IMG/VR virus record: IMGVR_UViG_2671180770_000020
Span: 1 to 37,086 of that record
Length of the DNA: 37,086 nt
Source: a virus
Taxonomy: Duplodnaviria; Heunggongvirae; Uroviricota; Caudoviricetes
Direction: 5' to 3' (one strand)
The position numbers and the translations under genes are program-made. Positions 34,700 to 37,086 of the stretch are shown in pieces (position 1 is the first letter of the stretch; each line of letters opens with the position of its first letter). Below the pieces are notes generated by a model. That model ran no database searches. It had not been told where the DNA came from and worked only from the letters and a program-made list of their open reading frames with translations.

Positions 34700-35318
34700 A
34701 CAATTCCAGCGAGCTGCTGGTATTAGCGAGGCGCTGGCCGCTCGCTGGTTCTCGCATATAACTTCTGCGATGAAAGAGTTTGGTATCAGCAAACCAGAAG
34801 ATCAGGCAATGTTTATTGCTCAGGTCGGGCATGAGTCTGGAGGCTTCACCCGGTTGCAGGAAAATTTCAACTACAGCGTAACCGGATTGGCTAACTTCGT
34901 TCAGGCTGGGCGTCTCACTCAGGGGCAGGCTAATGCACTTGGTCGCCGTGCTGGTGAACCACCATTGCCACTCGAGCGCCAGCGCGCGATCGCAAATCTG
35001 GTGTACAGCAAACGCATGGGGAACAATGCCCCTGGTGATGGCTGGAATTACCGTGGGCGCGGGCTTATCCAGATTACCGGTTTGAATAACTATCGTGACT
35101 GTGGAAACGGTCTGAAAGTTGACCTGCTGGAGAATCCTGAACTGTTGGCGCAGGACGAATACGCGGCTCGTAGCGCGGCGTGGTTCTTCTCCAGCAAAGG
35201 TTGCATGAAGTATACCGGCGATATTGCACGTGTAACTCTGATTATCAATGGTGGCAGGAATGGCATCGACGACCGGCGCGCGCGGTACGTCACTGCCAGT
35301 AAGGTGCTGGCTGTATGA
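34689..35318 (+). CDS. Endolysin, glycoside hydrolase family 19 (chitinase-like lysozyme)
   Basis: 209 aa; ...[12 protein letters not shown]...[17 protein letters not shown]... are the conserved catalytic-region motifs of GH19 endolysins. Confidence 0.8.
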   Translation: MEIKQFQRAAGISEALAARWFSHITSAMKEFGISKPEDQAMFIAQVGHESGGFTRLQENFNYSVTGLANFVQAGRLTQGQANALGRRAGEPPLPLERQRAIANLVYSKRMGNNAPGDGWNYRGRGLIQITGLNNYRDCGNGLKVDLLENPELLAQDEYAARSAAWFFSSKGCMKYTGDIARVTLIINGGRNGIDDRRARYVTASKVLAV

Positions 35319-35797
35319 TCTGGGTATTCGTAAAAGCATACTGGAAACAGATGCTTATCGTGTTGATGCTTGCTGCTCTGTTCATCGTCGGAGTGGTTGC
35401 TTGGAATATACACGGCAGCCGCCAGTACGATGCCGGGTATGCGCAGGCGGAAGAAGACCGCAAAGACGAAGAAGACAAAGTTCGTCAGTACTACGAACAG
35501 GAGAAAGTGACCAATGAACGTGAAGCTCAGCAGAGGATCGACCAGGCGCGCAATGATGCTCTTGATGCTGCCGCTCGCGCTGGCCGGTTGCAGCAACAAC
35601 TCTTTGCCATCCGTGAGCAGCTCAGGCAGTATAACGCCATTGTCGGCGCTGGGACGTCAGCCGCAGACACCGGAGTTTTGCTTGCCGACGTGCTCAGCAA
35701 ATCTCTCGAGAGAAACAGACAACTGGCAGAGTATGCTGACCGGGCAGCCGAAGCCGGAAGAGTCTGCGAAAAACAGTATGACACCCTGACCAGATAG
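35315..35797 (+). CDS. Rz-like inner-membrane spanin
   Basis: 160 aa; N-terminal TM helix then coiled coil; ATGA overlap with the endolysin; contains an embedded lipoprotein ORF. Confidence 0.6.
   Translation: MIWVFVKAYWKQMLIVLMLAALFIVGVVAWNIHGSRQYDAGYAQAEEDRKDEEDKVRQYYEQEKVTNEREAQQRIDQARNDALDAAARAGRLQQQLFAIREQLRQYNAIVGAGTSAADTGVLLADVLSKSLERNRQLAEYADRAAEAGRVCEKQYDTLTR
35514..35789 (+). CDS. Rz1-like outer-membrane lipoprotein spanin, embedded in the Rz frame
   Basis: Alternative-frame ORF wholly inside the Rz gene; lipobox ...LPLALAGC...; Pro/Ser-rich mature part. Confidence 0.55.
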   Translation: MNVKLSRGSTRRAMMLLMLPLALAGCSNNSLPSVSSSGSITPLSALGRQPQTPEFCLPTCSANLSRETDNWQSMLTGQPKPEESAKNSMTP

Positions 35798-35946
35798 CAT
35801 GGCATTTTTCATGGTACTGATTTCCTGTGACGGTATATAAAACGGTACGAGGAAAATTTAGTTTTGGAAAAATGTTATCACTCAATTGGTTATGGTATCC
35901 GTAAATAATTGAGTGGGAATGATTTGATCCCTGCACTATGAATGAA

Positions 35947-35978
35947 CAAAACCCTCTGTTACTACAGAGGGTTTTTTA
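35947..35978 (+). terminator. Intrinsic (possibly bidirectional) terminator after the lysis cassette
   Basis: AAAACCCTCTGT-tact-ACAGAGGGTTTTTT. Confidence 0.6.
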
Positions 35979-36015
35979 TACTCACGAATCATAGGCTTGA
36001 AGTTACTGACATCGC

Positions 36016-36555
36016 TTAGTTAAACCAGCTGTCCGATTTGTTCTCTTCTGCTTTGCCCACGCTTTTCATCAGATCGCGACCGCCTTCAGTCATATTCCTG
36101 TTTGCGTCAGCTTCAGATTGCACCACATCGGTTTGCGCAGCTTTGTGCTTCAGTTCCTGATCGATAAATTCGTTTTCTCGCTTAACGCGGGCTTCTTCTT
36201 TCGCCAGCGCCAGTTTTTGTTTCTGAATCTCTAAGCTGCGTAGCTCATCTTCATAACTTTGATCGCGTTTTTTGTCCGCAGTGGCTTCGGCGTCCAGTTT
36301 ATCCTGACGAGCTTTCTTATTCGCCGCTGCCGTTGCCGCTCTTTTATTAGCCGCGGCCTGGGCGTTTGCGCGACGTTGCTTCTCTTGCTGGATTTCCCTG
36401 TTGCGCTCCGCGACCCATTCGTCATGCTGCCTTTGCTCTTCATTTTTACCTTGCTGTTCCGCTTCTGCGACAGCAGAGAGTTGATCCTGCAATGATGAGG
36501 CGATAGCCGGATAGCTTAAGGAGGCTAAGATGGCGCAAAGAAAAACTTTCTTCAT
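36016..36555 (-). CDS. Secreted coiled-coil protein of unknown function (host-flanking gene or terminal moron)
   Basis: 179 aa; GGAGGA upstream of ATG 36555; N-terminal signal peptide MKKVFLCAILASLSYPAIASS; highly charged Gln/Lys/Ala-rich body. Confidence 0.55.
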   Translation of the reverse strand: MKKVFLCAILASLSYPAIASSLQDQLSAVAEAEQQGKNEEQRQHDEWVAERNREIQQEKQRRANAQAAANKRAATAAANKKARQDKLDAEATADKKRDQSYEDELRSLEIQKQKLALAKEEARVKRENEFIDQELKHKAAQTDVVQSEADANRNMTEGGRDLMKSVGKAEENKSDSWFN

Positions 36556-36570
36556 GACTCCTCCTGATCA

Positions 36571-37086
36571 TTAGCTCTTTTCAGGACATTTGGTATTTGG
36601 CTGAATACGCGTTTCGTTATACGTCGTGGTAATAACAACGGCTAAACCTGTCGTAAACTGGCACTCTTTACCCACCTGGGTGGAGGTATACACTTTGGTG
36701 CCTTCCTTATACGTTAGAGAAACACCTTCCACTAAGGTTTTATCATTCACCATAGAACCTGCTGCCGCGCCTACAGCTCCGCCGCCAACTGCACCTGCCG
36801 TCGTTCCGGAATTGCTGCCAGACCCCACGTTGTGGCCGATTACACCGCCAGCGCCTGCACCAATAAGCGCGCCGAAGGCTTGTGCGTTCCGTTTATTTCG
36901 GGAGTTGTCTACGGCAACTTTTGCGGGAAGAATGGAAATAATATTAACGGTTTTAGTTTCTTGTTTGGTATTCAGTTGATCGGTTTGATAAACATCGGCG
37001 GCATGATCATCAGCATTTGACTGGCATCCTGCCAGAGTAAATGACGCTAACATTGCCACAGGCAGAAGACATTTTTTAAATTTCAT
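36571..37086 (-). CDS. Lipoprotein with glycine-zipper (SlyB/Pcp-like) domain
   Basis: 171 aa with its start codon at the window edge; lipobox ...FTLAGC...; Gly/Ala-rich ...GALIGAGAGGVIGHNVGSG...GAVGGGAVGAAAGS... Confidence 0.55.
   Translation of the reverse strand: MKFKKCLLPVAMLASFTLAGCQSNADDHAADVYQTDQLNTKQETKTVNIISILPAKVAVDNSRNKRNAQAFGALIGAGAGGVIGHNVGSGSNSGTTAGAVGGGAVGAAAGSMVNDKTLVEGVSLTYKEGTKVYTSTQVGKECQFTTGLAVVITTTYNETRIQPNTKCPEKS

Noticed and set aside
1-37086. CRISPR arrays, insertion sequences or transposase genes
   Set aside because: No regularly spaced direct repeats with unique spacers and no transposase-like ORF or terminal inverted repeats were seen; the only tandem repeats are the iterons inside the O-like gene.

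Overview
The window is a near-complete temperate prophage of an enterobacterial type, running from the 3' end of its integrase gene (1-243) to a lysis cassette ending near 35.8 kb, followed by two converging genes of uncertain origin (36016-37086). The order is: integrase fragment, AlpA/Xis-like excisionase, a leftward early operon (Bet/RecT-like annealing protein, PD-(D/E)XK exonuclease, small DNA-binding proteins), an immunity region (repressor with no S24 peptidase domain, divergent Cro-like gene), lambda O/P-like replication genes with iterons inside the O-like gene, accessory early genes, small and large terminase, an AT-rich opposite-strand moron beside a phage-encoded tRNA-Arg(UCU), a head module, several very large virion proteins (600-840 aa), a minus-strand accessory island, a tail fiber with an SGNH-esterase domain, and holin/endolysin/Rz/Rz1. 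No tail sheath, tail tube or frameshifted chaperone genes were recognised, so a podovirus-like virion (epsilon15-like in overall layout) is inferred, not shown. Two things stand out. First, a 15-bp palindrome TTACC-N5-GGTAA occurs as 9 perfect and 5 near-perfect copies (about 0.04 expected by chance), forming the operators around the repressor gene and recurring at the head of most transcription units. Second, the accessory island carries a consensus LexA box in front of a small gene paralogous to the C-terminus of an adjacent AntA-domain antirepressor, suggesting SOS-driven induction via antirepression. All calls rest on reading the sequence and remembered family features; no database search was run.
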